This document shows, piece after piece, positions 9,994 to 19,357 of a DNA stretch of 64,000 nt. Within the stretch, counting starts at the first letter, position 1; every line of letters begins with the position of its first letter. Source of the DNA: a virus (taxonomy: Duplodnaviria; Heunggongvirae; Uroviricota; Caudoviricetes); IMG/VR virus record IMGVR_UViG_3300033068_000287, positions 21,498 through 85,497 of that record; one strand, written 5' to 3'. Both the position numbers and the translations under genes were made by a program. The notes beneath the pieces were generated by a model, which was not told the origin of the DNA, did not search any database, and saw nothing but the letters and a program-made list of their open reading frames with translations.

Positions 9994-10054
9994 TATCGAA
10001 CACCTGAATGCTAGTTTATCTAACTATTATTTAGTATATTCGATAATTTATATA

Positions 10055-10128
10055 TGGTCCGGCTACGGAGAATTGAACTCCGATTAACAGATTGAAAGTC
10101 TGCGTTCCTACCCTTAGAAGATAGCCGG
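10055..10128 (-). tRNA. tRNA-Glu (anticodon UUC)
   Basis: Acceptor CCGGCTA/TAGCCGG, anticodon arm GCAGA-CTTTCAA-TCTGT, T-arm CGGAG-TTCAATT-CTCCG, A73-CCA. 74 nt. Confidence 0.6.
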
Positions 10129-10405
10129 ATAATAAAATATTATCCTTAATCTAAGAGGCTGCACAAAGAAAATTGGTATTTAAGTAATTTGAATTTTAGT
10201 TTGTAGGTGAGTTAAAAACCAATTGTCTTTAGGCAGCGATACGCTCTCGGCAAGCGACCTTCTGCTGATGTTTTTTCTTATTGGGCACGACACGGCTACG
10301 GAATAGCGGTGTGCGGACTGCCTTTGCATAAGGATTAACAACAATGATTTTAAAGTTTGTTTTCATTTTTATCTCTATTATTATTTAGTAATTCTATCAG
10401 ACTTT

Positions 10406-10606
10406 TTATAGATTGTCAAGCATTTTTTTAATAATTTTTGAATTATTTTTATCTTTTTTCAGTTTTCTGATATCTTTTAGTATATTTTTATTCTTCAAAG
10501 TCAATTCTTCTAGACTTTTCATAGATTGATTATAAATCATGATATCCTCTGGACTAGGATAAGTGTCCATATGGAAATAATATTTATCATCTAATTCGTC
10601 TTCCAT
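10406..10606 (-). CDS. hypothetical protein
   Basis: 66 aa, charged and coiled-coil-like. Confidence 0.3.
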   Translation of the reverse strand: MEDELDDKYYFHMDTYPSPEDIMIYNQSMKSLEELTLKNKNILKDIRKLKKDKNNSKIIKKMLDNL

Positions 10607-10607
10607 A

Positions 10608-11084
10608 TTATATGTTCACATTCTTAATAACAACTGGACAAGTATCTACTGATTGTGGATTTGGAAATCCGTCAATTTTTTCTCCATATGATAAAAACAC
10701 TTCATTGGATTTATAGGAATAATCTCCAACTTTAGCATACCGTTCTTTTCGGGCTTTCCATACATCTTCTGAACATGTGGCAAGGACCCAATTTATTGTT
10801 GGAACAACGCCCTGAACATATGCAATACAGCTTCCATATTTTGAAATGCAATAATTTGTTGCGTATTCGTATGCTAGATGATCTGTAGTTTCGACCGCGA
10901 TAAATGTTAATCCATATAATCCACGACCTTCTGTTAAGTCTGGTCCATGTCTAACAGTAAAATAACTAATATTTTTCAATCGTGAAAGTGTTGCTTTTTC
11001 ATACGCTAAACACTCTTTTTCTGTGGTAAACTCTTTACCATCATCACTGATATATATCGTTTGTGTTTTTACTTCAGTCTTCAT
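10608..11084 (-). CDS. hypothetical protein
   Basis: 158 aa ORF, tightly coupled to the next gene. Confidence 0.5.
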   Translation of the reverse strand: MKTEVKTQTIYISDDGKEFTTEKECLAYEKATLSRLKNISYFTVRHGPDLTEGRGLYGLTFIAVETTDHLAYEYATNYCISKYGSCIAYVQGVVPTINWVLATCSEDVWKARKERYAKVGDYSYKSNEVFLSYGEKIDGFPNPQSVDTCPVVIKNVNI

Positions 11085-11097
11085 TATTTTAATTATC

Positions 11098-11619
11098 TCA
11101 TTCTACAGTTAAAGTTGTAATTCGGAATCCGTCAAGAGTTTCAAAATGTCCAGTCCATGCTGCGCCATATTGATAATATTTCTCTTTCTTTCCTGTCTCA
11201 CTTTTAATATATACATATAATTGTGGACCAAACAGACCGTTCTTTTCTGGTCTATATGGAGAAATTTGTTTCTCATATAGATTCCGCAGAAGGGTTTCTG
11301 CTTCTACAGCCTTGTCATATGTTTTGTATATTCCAATATATGAAATATGTCCATCACTATGACCAAAGGAATCACCAGTGCCATATTCGGCATATAATAG
11401 ATGCAGCGTATCACCAGGAACTACCGCAAAATCTGCTGTAATATTACCATAACCTGTTTTGTTTACAATCTTTAAACCACAAATATTGTTATCGGTCCAG
11501 CTATTATAATCATCATATTCTTCTGTATGACTATGGTTCACAACCTCAATATCAGTAGTGATAGGTTTTGGAGCAGCCTTAGCTTTATCTGCTTTTTTCT
11601 GCTGTGTAATTTTCGACAT
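11098..11619 (-). CDS. hypothetical protein
   Basis: 173 aa ORF. Confidence 0.5.
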   Translation of the reverse strand: MSKITQQKKADKAKAAPKPITTDIEVVNHSHTEEYDDYNSWTDNNICGLKIVNKTGYGNITADFAVVPGDTLHLLYAEYGTGDSFGHSDGHISYIGIYKTYDKAVEAETLLRNLYEKQISPYRPEKNGLFGPQLYVYIKSETGKKEKYYQYGAAWTGHFETLDGFRITTLTVE

Positions 11620-11733
11620 AACATATATCTCTTGTTAATTCTATAGGTATAATAGCACATTTTGGAAATAATGCAAGAAAAAAGTTAAACGGATTATGTA
11701 AAATAAATTGAAATATTATTACCCATTTTTAGT

Positions 11734-11763
11734 GTTTACATCATGGAATATCCAACATATACT
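11734..11763 (+). promoter_or_regulatory. sigma70/T4-early-like promoter (GTTTACA -35, 17-nt spacer, TATACT -10)
   Basis: gtGTTTACAtcatggaatatccaacaTATACT lies 40 nt upstream of ORF 11803. Confidence 0.5.
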
Positions 11764-11802
11764 GAATACAGAATTTAAACACAAACAACAGAAAGACCGG
11801 CA

Positions 11803-12177
11803 ATGACACAACGTTTCAAACTTGTAAAACAATACCCTGCGGTTAAAATCGTCACGTTCGCGGACGGCGTGGAGCCAAAAGTTTATGATGGCGAAATTCT
11901 GACTGATGAAAATGGTCTTGAAAGCTGGAAACTAGGTAGTGTGGTCGGATATGCTATCGAAAACGGTAAAGACCCAATTGCCGCTTATAGCCGCGCCGTT
12001 GAACGGAAAGAAGAAACACACTATGCGTTTTCGACAGGGGCTTGTCTTACGGCAGAACCACGCATGTTGCAAAATCGTATCGCCGTTAAATATGGTCAGG
12101 AAATTATTTTTCAAGGTCAACGCTTTATCGTTCAAAAAGCTGCCAACCACAACATTGACCTGATCCCCGTAAAATAA
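11803..12177 (+). CDS. hypothetical protein (locally GC-richer codon usage)
   Basis: 124 aa ORF. Composition looks noticeably GC-richer than its neighbours. Confidence 0.5.
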   Translation: MTQRFKLVKQYPAVKIVTFADGVEPKVYDGEILTDENGLESWKLGSVVGYAIENGKDPIAAYSRAVERKEETHYAFSTGACLTAEPRMLQNRIAVKYGQEIIFQGQRFIVQKAANHNIDLIPVK

Positions 12178-12202
12178 TTTAACCTAGAAGAAAGAAATAA
12201 TC

Positions 12203-12403
12203 ATGACAACCCGTAGCAAATCTTTCAAACTGCCGAAAATTACATATGAAGCAGAACCAGTATCTAAAGCAGAAGTCATTGCTTACGATTCCCTTTTCAG
12301 TGATGAATTGGAATGTGTAGTGTGTAACGCTAAAATGAAGAAATTAAATTCCCGCTTTAAAGATTGCTGCTCCACTTCATGTGCAAGAGATTTTTACAAT
12401 TAG
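12203..12403 (+). CDS. small Cys-rich (zinc-ribbon-like) protein
   Basis: 66 aa with CxxC and several additional Cys. Confidence 0.4.
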   Translation: MTTRSKSFKLPKITYEAEPVSKAEVIAYDSLFSDELECVVCNAKMKKLNSRFKDCCSTSCARDFYN

Positions 12404-12456
12404 TCTATTGACACTGAACAAATCATCCACAATAATAGAAACATAACATTAACACT

Positions 12457-12723
12457 TTGGAGACTAAAAACATGAAACTGACAACACAAGCTAAAATGGA
12501 AAAATTCACTGAAGCACTGGTTAAAGCGTTTGGGGAAGGATCAATTATTTCCCGCCAAGACGTTGTTGCAGTATGGCTGAAAAACAAAGACGAATATCCA
12601 CACCTTGTTTCAATTACAAAAAATCTTGACTATCGCGCTGGTCGTGGCATGTATGTCGCAACTATGTCAGAAACGCCAGCAATGGTTCGTGATGTGTCTG
12701 TTGCTGCTGCTAAAGCAATCTAA
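12457..12723 (+). CDS. hypothetical protein
   Basis: 88 aa ORF with a GGAG RBS. Confidence 0.5.
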   Translation: METKNMKLTTQAKMEKFTEALVKAFGEGSIISRQDVVAVWLKNKDEYPHLVSITKNLDYRAGRGMYVATMSETPAMVRDVSVAAAKAI

Positions 12724-12768
12724 CAAGCAAAAGAAAAAGAACTTCCAAAATCAACACGCACCAGCATC

Positions 12769-12960
12769 ATGAAACTGGCAGCAGAAATGAAAAAAGTTCC
12801 AGACGCACCAAAGAAAACAAAACGTAAAGAAATCAAGAACGTGGAAGTTAATAATCTTTATGAAGATACTCCAACATTCGATAATATCATGTCGTTTGAT
12901 GATGTTGACGATATGTATTCTGAAGATGTTAACGATATCGTCCGCGTTATGCGTGACTAA
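12769..12960 (+). CDS. hypothetical acidic protein
   Basis: 63 aa. The minus-strand ORF 12751..13014 overlapping it is judged spurious. Confidence 0.4.
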   Translation: MKLAAEMKKVPDAPKKTKRKEIKNVEVNNLYEDTPTFDNIMSFDDVDDMYSEDVNDIVRVMRD

Positions 12961-12967
12961 CAAAATT

Positions 12968-13018
12968 ATCGATGGTAACATTTTAAATGTTAGTATAATA
13001 AAAAATGTTACCATCGAT
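12968..13018. terminator. 17-bp perfect inverted repeat hairpin (atcgatggtaacatttt / aaaatgttaccatcgat) followed by T-rich tract; terminator or RNase III/operator site
   Basis: Arms 12968-12984 and 13002-13018 with a 17-nt loop, followed by tttattatcc. Confidence 0.5.
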
Positions 13019-13100
13019 TTATTATCCTTGACTTATTGGATAATATTCTGTACACTATTTAAATATATTATGTACTTGTGAAAGAAAGAGAATTTACATT

Positions 13101-15440
13101 ATGAAAACCGGACAAAATCCTGCTGGAAAACAAAAGCGTATCAATATTGATGCCAAGTCTGGCCTTGCGCGTTTGATGGCAATCGAAAATCTTGCTGTTC
13201 TGCATAATCCAAAGGCGTCTACAGCTAGTTTTGATCTTAAGGATCGCGTATTGACGCTTCCAGTCTTGAAAGATATGTCCGGTCCAATTTTCGATTGGTT
13301 CATTGGTCATGAAGTTTCACATGCACTCAATACTCCAGCAGATCAATACATTAAACTTGCCAAAAAATATCATCCAACAATTGCAAACATTGTGGAAGAT
13401 GCGCGTATTGAAAAATTAATTATTCGCCGTTATCCTGGTCTGAAACGTGATAACTTTTTGTTCTACAAAGAGTTTGCTTCACCAGAACGTGATTTTTTCG
13501 GTCTAAAAGAACTTACAGTTCCTGTAGATAAATTATCATTGGTTGATCGTCTCAATCTGCATTTCAAAATTGGTCCATTTCATAAAATCAATTTCTCACA
13601 AGAGGAAATGAAATATGTAGATATGCTGGATAAACTTGAAACATTTGAAGATGTTGAGGAAGCTACAAAAGCACTATACAAATATATGAAAGACCGTGGA
13701 GAATTGGAAGAGATTAAAATCAAGATCAAAACCAATTCTAAAGGTCAAGGCGAAGAACAAGACCAGAATGATTCAGATGATGGTGATGACGATTTTGATG
13801 GCACAACCATTGAAATTGATATGACCGATGACGAAGAAAGCGGGTCAGACGAAGACGAAAAAGAAGGCGAAAATGGCTCCGAAGGTAAAGACGGAGACAA
13901 AGAAGGTTCTGACGGTGAAGATGAAAGTGAAAAATCATCTGGCTCCGGTAAGGGAGAAGATAAAGATGGTGATGATAAGAAAGATCAAAGCCAGAAGTCA
14001 AAAGGCAAAGGTAAAGCCGATAAAAATGAAGGCGAAGATGGCGAAGACGGTCAACAACCTTCTGATGGTAAGTCTGGTGATAAAAAGCCTACACAACAAA
14101 AGGCATCCAAATCCGAGGATAAAAAGTCCGAGGGCGATGGTAAGCAACAGACGATTACTATTAAAATGGGCCAAACCCAAACCTCTTTTGATAAAAATAT
14201 TCAAACCATTTTCGAAAAGTCTAATCCAGGCTTGACGTTTGGTGAAGTGTATAACGCTTCTGATATTTATAAAAAGACAGTTGTTTCTATTGAAAAAATT
14301 GAAGCTAACTGCGACCGCCATATTTCTGTAACTGAAATGCAAAAAGCTGAAGCAACATATGCAGAATTCTTGCGTGAAATTAATCCTACAGTAAATATGA
14401 TGGTTGCACAGTTCAACTTGAAAAAATCTGCTAAAGATTACCAGAAAATGCAAATTTCAAAAACTGGTCGTCTTGATATGGATAAAATTTCTGATTACAA
14501 AATTTCAAACGATTTGTTTCTTAGAAATGAAGTAATTCCAGAAAGCAAAAACCATGGTATGGTTATGTTTATTGATTGGTCTGGTTCAATGTCTACTCAA
14601 ATCGGATCAACTGTAAAGCAATTGATTATTTTGATGGAATTTTGCCGTAAAGTTCAGATTCCTTTTGAAGTGTACGGCTTCACAGATAGTGCCTATACTA
14701 ATAGTGTTTCTATTCCTGACTCTAAAATCTTTGCGTCTCAAGGTGGTAATCTTTTCCAAATGTTTTCATCTGGAATGAAAATTAATCACTTCCGCAAAAT
14801 GGCAAAACAAGTATTGCACTTAGCAACAACAAACAGTGCAAGCTACATTTATTCAATGGGGGGAACTCCTTTGTTAAATGCAATGTTCTTAGCTGAATAT
14901 GCTGTTAATGAATTTAAAGTCCGTTACAAATGCGAAAAGACTGCGTTTGTATTGTTGTCTGATGGTGGTGCAACAGATAGAATTAATTGTGGTTCTACTC
15001 CAGCCTTCCAAGACATTATCATGCGTAATGCTTATAATGGAAAGAATTACCAGTTTAAATTCGACCAGCAATCATTCCATTACGTTATGCAGTATGTCAG
15101 AGAACGTTGCAATATTGATAGCACAGTTGGATTCTTTTTGACTAATAGTTGCTCTAGCGGAACTATTGACTTGCTTGGTCCTGAATTTGATAAAAGCAAA
15201 TCTTCTACACTTGTTAGAGAATTTGACGCAAAAAAATTCACTGTTATTAATGATGGTCCTGGATTTGATAAATTCTTTGCTATTGCAATCAATAACTTTA
15301 AAATTGATAAGACTGACTATCTGGCATCTATCGATTCCAGAACCTCTAAAAACGCTTTAGATGCTGCGTTTACTAAACAATTAGCAAGAGCATCTAGTTC
15401 TATGGTGTTTATGAAAGCATTTATCGACCAAATTTCATAA
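13101..15440 (+). CDS. CobT-like vWA-domain protein with a long acidic/lysine low-complexity linker
   Basis: 779 aa. Central D/E/K/G/S-rich region and a C-terminal vWA MIDAS motif (VMFIDWSGSMS). Paired with the downstream MoxR-type ATPase. Confidence 0.6.
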   Translation: MKTGQNPAGKQKRINIDAKSGLARLMAIENLAVLHNPKASTASFDLKDRVLTLPVLKDMSGPIFDWFIGHEVSHALNTPADQYIKLAKKYHPTIANIVEDARIEKLIIRRYPGLKRDNFLFYKEFASPERDFFGLKELTVPVDKLSLVDRLNLHFKIGPFHKINFSQEEMKYVDMLDKLETFEDVEEATKALYKYMKDRGELEEIKIKIKTNSKGQGEEQDQNDSDDGDDDFDGTTIEIDMTDDEESGSDEDEKEGENGSEGKDGDKEGSDGEDESEKSSGSGKGEDKDGDDKKDQSQKSKGKGKADKNEGEDGEDGQQPSDGKSGDKKPTQQKASKSEDKKSEGDGKQQTITIKMGQTQTSFDKNIQTIFEKSNPGLTFGEVYNASDIYKKTVVSIEKIEANCDRHISVTEMQKAEATYAEFLREINPTVNMMVAQFNLKKSAKDYQKMQISKTGRLDMDKISDYKISNDLFLRNEVIPESKNHGMVMFIDWSGSMSTQIGSTVKQLIILMEFCRKVQIPFEVYGFTDSAYTNSVSIPDSKIFASQGGNLFQMFSSGMKINHFRKMAKQVLHLATTNSASYIYSMGGTPLLNAMFLAEYAVNEFKVRYKCEKTAFVLLSDGGATDRINCGSTPAFQDIIMRNAYNGKNYQFKFDQQSFHYVMQYVRERCNIDSTVGFFLTNSCSSGTIDLLGPEFDKSKSSTLVREFDAKKFTVINDGPGFDKFFAIAINNFKIDKTDYLASIDSRTSKNALDAAFTKQLARASSSMVFMKAFIDQIS

Positions 15441-15526
15441 ACTAAAACTTGACTTCCAATACAGACTATGTTACTATCAACAATACTATTATATTATGAA
15501 CTTAAAAAAGTGGAGACTATTATAAA

Positions 15527-16498
15527 ATGAAAAATACACAAGCTGTACCAAATACTGTTGAACAAAAATTTGCGTACATTCCGCAAAAAGATGAACGCTA
15601 TCGCCAATGGGGCCATTTTGATAAAGTTTTAAAAATTATCAAATCAAACCAATATTATCCAATTTGGATTACCGGTCTATCTGGTAACGGCAAAACCGTA
15701 ATGGTTGAACAAGCATGTGCCCATGCAGGTCGTGAATTTATTCGTGTTAACTTCACACTCGAAACAGACGAAAACGATTTGATTGGTGGTATGACTTTGG
15801 TCAATGGCGATACAGTCTTTGAAGAAGGTCCTATCGTAACTGCATTGCGCCGTGGTTCAATTCTTTTGCTAGACGAAATTGACGTTGGCCACACAAACAA
15901 AATCATGTGTCTTCAGTCAGTTCTAGAAGGCAAAGGCGTTCTAATCAAAGCTACTGGCGAATATGTGCAAGCTGCTCCTGGTTTTAACGTGTTTGCTACT
16001 TCAAACACCAAAGGTCGTGGTAGTGATGACGGTCGTTTCATTGGTACAAACAACATGAACGCCGCATTCCTTGATCGTTTCGCCGGTATGATTTTCCAAG
16101 ATTATCCTCCAAAAGATATCGAAGAATTCATTTTGAAAAGCTATCTGATCCATGCAGTATGGATTCGTGGTGGTCGCACAAGCAAAGAAATCACTGAAGA
16201 CGAAAAGATTACGGAAGCTAAATTCATTACTAAACTGTGTGAATGGGCACAACAAATCCGTACATCATTTGATGCTGGTGCTACTAGCGAAGTTATCACA
16301 ACACGCGCTCTAATCAATATCATCCAAGGCTATTCTGTTCTTGGTGATCGTGGTCTAGCCATCGAAATGGCGTGTGAACGTTTCGACCAAGCATCTAAAG
16401 AATCCTTTGTTAGCATGTTTGAAAAAATGTCAGACTCTAACTTTGTTGTTTCTTCTGATGATAAAGCAAAAGCGAAAACAGCAACAAAAACATATTAA
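15527..16498 (+). CDS. CobS-like MoxR-family AAA+ ATPase
   Basis: 323 aa. Walker A GLSGNGKT, Walker B ILLLDEID. Size and architecture fit CobS/MoxR. Confidence 0.6.
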   Translation: MKNTQAVPNTVEQKFAYIPQKDERYRQWGHFDKVLKIIKSNQYYPIWITGLSGNGKTVMVEQACAHAGREFIRVNFTLETDENDLIGGMTLVNGDTVFEEGPIVTALRRGSILLLDEIDVGHTNKIMCLQSVLEGKGVLIKATGEYVQAAPGFNVFATSNTKGRGSDDGRFIGTNNMNAAFLDRFAGMIFQDYPPKDIEEFILKSYLIHAVWIRGGRTSKEITEDEKITEAKFITKLCEWAQQIRTSFDAGATSEVITTRALINIIQGYSVLGDRGLAIEMACERFDQASKESFVSMFEKMSDSNFVVSSDDKAKAKTATKTY

Positions 16499-16532
16499 TA
16501 ATTTGTAAAATATAATAAAAGGAAGTTATACA

Positions 16533-17213
16533 ATGCAACTATCAGACTACACCAAAAAACTTTTGGAAAACTTTGTCAGCATTAATGCTGGCATCGTTAT
16601 CCGCAAAACTCCCGAAGGAGCAAACAAAACACTAATTCGTACAATCGACCGTAGTGGACACGTTTATTCCCAAGTGGAGATTCCAGAAGTTTTCAAAACT
16701 AATGTAACCTTACACGACCTGAAAGCATTTTTGAATGTTATTTCTGGATTCAATTCGCCAGAAATTACCATCAATGATTCCCATCTGGTCGTATCGGAAG
16801 GATCATCTTCTGTTAAGATTGTGTTTGCAGAACCAAACATGATTACTCACCCACAGAAACCATGGTCACCACCAAAAGGCGAATTTGATTTTGATCTTAA
16901 ACAAGATACACTAGCAAAAGTTATGAACTTTTCTAATTATCTAAGTTTGCCACATTTGCGTGTATATAATAAGAACGGTGTTCTTGTTCTACAGGCTCTT
17001 GACCGTAACAACCCAGATAGCAATAACTATGATATCGAAGTTGGTGTAGTTGATCCTGCCGCAGAAATTGATGTTTATCTAAAGCGTGAATTGATTAAAA
17101 TGATCGCCGGTGATTACACAGTATCGGTAAACCCTGCACAGGCCGCAACATTCACCAATATGGTTGATCCAACATTGGTATACTTTGTCGCCCTTGACAT
17201 TGTACACAAATAG
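16533..17213 (+). CDS. 45: sliding clamp gp45
   Basis: 226 aa. N-terminus MQLSDYTKKLLENFVSINAGIV vs T4 gp45 MKLSKDTTALLKNFATINSGIM. Confidence 0.85.
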   Translation: MQLSDYTKKLLENFVSINAGIVIRKTPEGANKTLIRTIDRSGHVYSQVEIPEVFKTNVTLHDLKAFLNVISGFNSPEITINDSHLVVSEGSSSVKIVFAEPNMITHPQKPWSPPKGEFDFDLKQDTLAKVMNFSNYLSLPHLRVYNKNGVLVLQALDRNNPDSNNYDIEVGVVDPAAEIDVYLKRELIKMIAGDYTVSVNPAQAATFTNMVDPTLVYFVALDIVHK

Positions 17214-17241
17214 TAGTATTATAAGAAATTAGGAAAAGATT

Positions 17242-18195
17242 ATGCAAAGTATTGATGATAAAAAAGACGATTTACTATGGGTAGAAAAATACCGACCACG
17301 AACAGTGAACGATTGTATTCTTCCTGACCGTATTAAAAATGATTTTATTGACTTTGTTGCTAAAAAATCTTTTCCTAATTTACTACTATCTGGTGGTCCA
17401 GGAACAGGCAAAACAACAATTGCCCGCGCTTTGTGTCGTGATCTAGATTATTCTGTAAGACTTATCAATGCTTCAGACGAACGGAACATTGATGTTGTAC
17501 GAACAGCAATCAAAGATTATGCATCAACGACCAGTTTAGAAGGCAAGAAAAAAGCTATTATTCTAGATGAAGCTGATGGACTAAATTCATTTGCACAAGA
17601 CGCATTACGCGCGGCTATTGAAGAATATTCTCATGTTCGATTCATTTTGACATGTAACTATAAGAATAAACTTATTCCTGCGCTACGTTCTAGAACAACC
17701 ACAGTAGAATTCAATATTCGAAAAGATGAACGTCAAGATATGATGCTTGTGTTTGTTAAGCGTATCTTTGAAATTCTACAAAACGAAAAAGTAACATTTG
17801 ATAAACAAGTTGTTGCTACAATCGTAAAGAAATTTTATCCAGATAATAGACGTATTCTAAATGATTTGCAGCGGTATTCTGCTGGTGGTGATATCGATAT
17901 TGGTATTTTGCAATATCTAGAAACAACCAGTATTGAAGGACTAAAGAAATCATTAGCAGAACGTGATTTTGGTGCAGCAAGACAATGGGTAGCAAATAAT
18001 GCTGATGCTGATCCTGCTGCAATTATTCGTGAAATGTACGATTCATTTTATTATGATTTGAAGCCGGAACATGTTCTAGAATTTATTATTCTACTGGGCG
18101 AAACACAAAAAGCGGCAGCAGTTGTTGCCGACCAAGAAATCAACATGGCTGCATGTATGGCAGAATTTTTAATGAAGGGGTTAGAGTTTAAATAA
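17242..18195 (+). CDS. 44: clamp loader large subunit gp44 (RFC-like AAA+)
   Basis: 317 aa. EKYRP...CILP, GGPGTGKTT, ILDEAD and SRT motifs as in T4 gp44. Confidence 0.85.
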   Translation: MQSIDDKKDDLLWVEKYRPRTVNDCILPDRIKNDFIDFVAKKSFPNLLLSGGPGTGKTTIARALCRDLDYSVRLINASDERNIDVVRTAIKDYASTTSLEGKKKAIILDEADGLNSFAQDALRAAIEEYSHVRFILTCNYKNKLIPALRSRTTTVEFNIRKDERQDMMLVFVKRIFEILQNEKVTFDKQVVATIVKKFYPDNRRILNDLQRYSAGGDIDIGILQYLETTSIEGLKKSLAERDFGAARQWVANNADADPAAIIREMYDSFYYDLKPEHVLEFIILLGETQKAAAVVADQEINMAACMAEFLMKGLEFK

Positions 18196-18196
18196 A

Positions 18197-18487
18197 ATGA
18201 TTTTTAAAAAGAAATTGCGCAAAGTTGTGTTTGATGGTATGGAATATTATTTTCAAGATGATCTATTTTCTGATAAGTTCTTTTTCATTCAACCAATATT
18301 AAGAGAAACAAGAATATATACCAAAACAGATTCTAAATGTCCGTTGTTTGAATACAAGGCATATGGAAAATTCTTTCCGTCCATTTTTACTGGCGATCCA
18401 AAAGAATATAAAAGTGATTCTGTAGATCGTCAAGCCCTACAACACTTGATGTGGTGTGAAGCTATGGGATATAAATTGAGGAAATAA
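18197..18487 (+). CDS. hypothetical protein between gene 44 and gene 62
   Basis: 96 aa. Coupled by TAATG overlaps on both sides. Confidence 0.4.
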   Translation: MIFKKKLRKVVFDGMEYYFQDDLFSDKFFFIQPILRETRIYTKTDSKCPLFEYKAYGKFFPSIFTGDPKEYKSDSVDRQALQHLMWCEAMGYKLRK

Positions 18488-18882
18488 TGGCAGATTTATT
18501 TAAAGAGGTTTTACCTTCCTTAAATCTGAAGACGGAACATCTTATTGATGATCTGAAAATGGAAGAAAAAGAATTCAATGCGTATATGGTAAACAAAGCG
18601 TTTTCGTATGGAGTAGATACTATTCTATATGCTAACGAAATGAATAAGCTATATGATTTGCCATTGAAAATGCAGTATGATTTTTATTTCTATGGTTTAG
18701 ATAAACGTAAACGGTACAATCCTTGGGCTAAAAAAGAGACGCTAAATAATATTGATACTATCAAAGAATATTATGGCTGCGGAACAAAAAAAGCTGAACA
18801 ATATGCTAAAGTTCTTACTCCTGAACAAATTGAATTGATAGAACAAAGAACCGGAAAGGGTTCTATATCAAAATCAAAATAA
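18487..18882 (+). CDS. 62: clamp loader small subunit gp62 (short, 131 aa)
   Basis: Motif KRKRYNPWAKKETL vs T4 gp62 PRGKRYGKWAKLVED. Position between gene 44 and regA matches T4. Confidence 0.65.
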   Translation: MADLFKEVLPSLNLKTEHLIDDLKMEEKEFNAYMVNKAFSYGVDTILYANEMNKLYDLPLKMQYDFYFYGLDKRKRYNPWAKKETLNNIDTIKEYYGCGTKKAEQYAKVLTPEQIELIEQRTGKGSISKSK

Positions 18883-18913
18883 TAATAAAAAAGTAAGTGA
18901 AGGAGTTCAAATC

Positions 18914-19357
18914 ATGACAACTAGTATTTTTAAAGGAATTGGAGTAGAAGTCCAGCTAATACATCAAGATAATTTCCTAAAAATCAAAGAGACATTGACA
19001 AGAATCGGCGTAGGAACAAAAGATAAAAAACTATTTCAATCATGTCATATTCTACACAAGCGCGATGGTGCTGGTGATTCAAAATACGCGATTGTACATT
19101 TTAAAGAAATGTTTAAACTAGACGGCAAATCTTCTAATATTGATGACGCTGATATTCAGAGACGCAATGCAGTAGCAGAATTGTTAGAAGAATGGAATCT
19201 AATTAATATTCTATATCCTGACGAATTAGAAATTGACGATTCTATCAATCCCTTAGCATCATTAAAAATTCTTTCGTTTAAAGAAAAAGATGAATGGGAA
19301 TTAATTTCAAAATATCAAATTGGTAAGAAAGGTAATAATGCAAATGGCAACAGATAA
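18914..19357 (+). CDS. regA: translational repressor RegA
   Basis: LKIKETLTRIGVG..LFQSCHILHK..VHFKEMF vs T4 RegA LKVKETLTRMGIA..LYQSCHILQK..VHFKEML. Confidence 0.8.
   Translation: MTTSIFKGIGVEVQLIHQDNFLKIKETLTRIGVGTKDKKLFQSCHILHKRDGAGDSKYAIVHFKEMFKLDGKSSNIDDADIQRRNAVAELLEEWNLINILYPDELEIDDSINPLASLKILSFKEKDEWELISKYQIGKKGNNANGNR

Noticed and set aside
12751-13014. 87-aa minus-strand ORF
   Set aside because: Lies antisense to a well-formed plus-strand ORF (12769-12960) and to the 17-bp hairpin. It has a low-complexity hydrophobic translation typical of AT-rich antisense frames.
13738-14453. Several ORFs on both strands inside the CobT-like gene (13738-14001 minus, 13828-14235 plus, 13998-14453 minus)
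   Set aside because: They are translations of the GA/AG-rich repeat that encodes the acidic linker in the main frame. They are compositional artefacts.
15655-16323. Minus-strand ORFs inside the CobS-like gene
   Set aside because: They are nested antisense inside a well-supported AAA+ ATPase gene.
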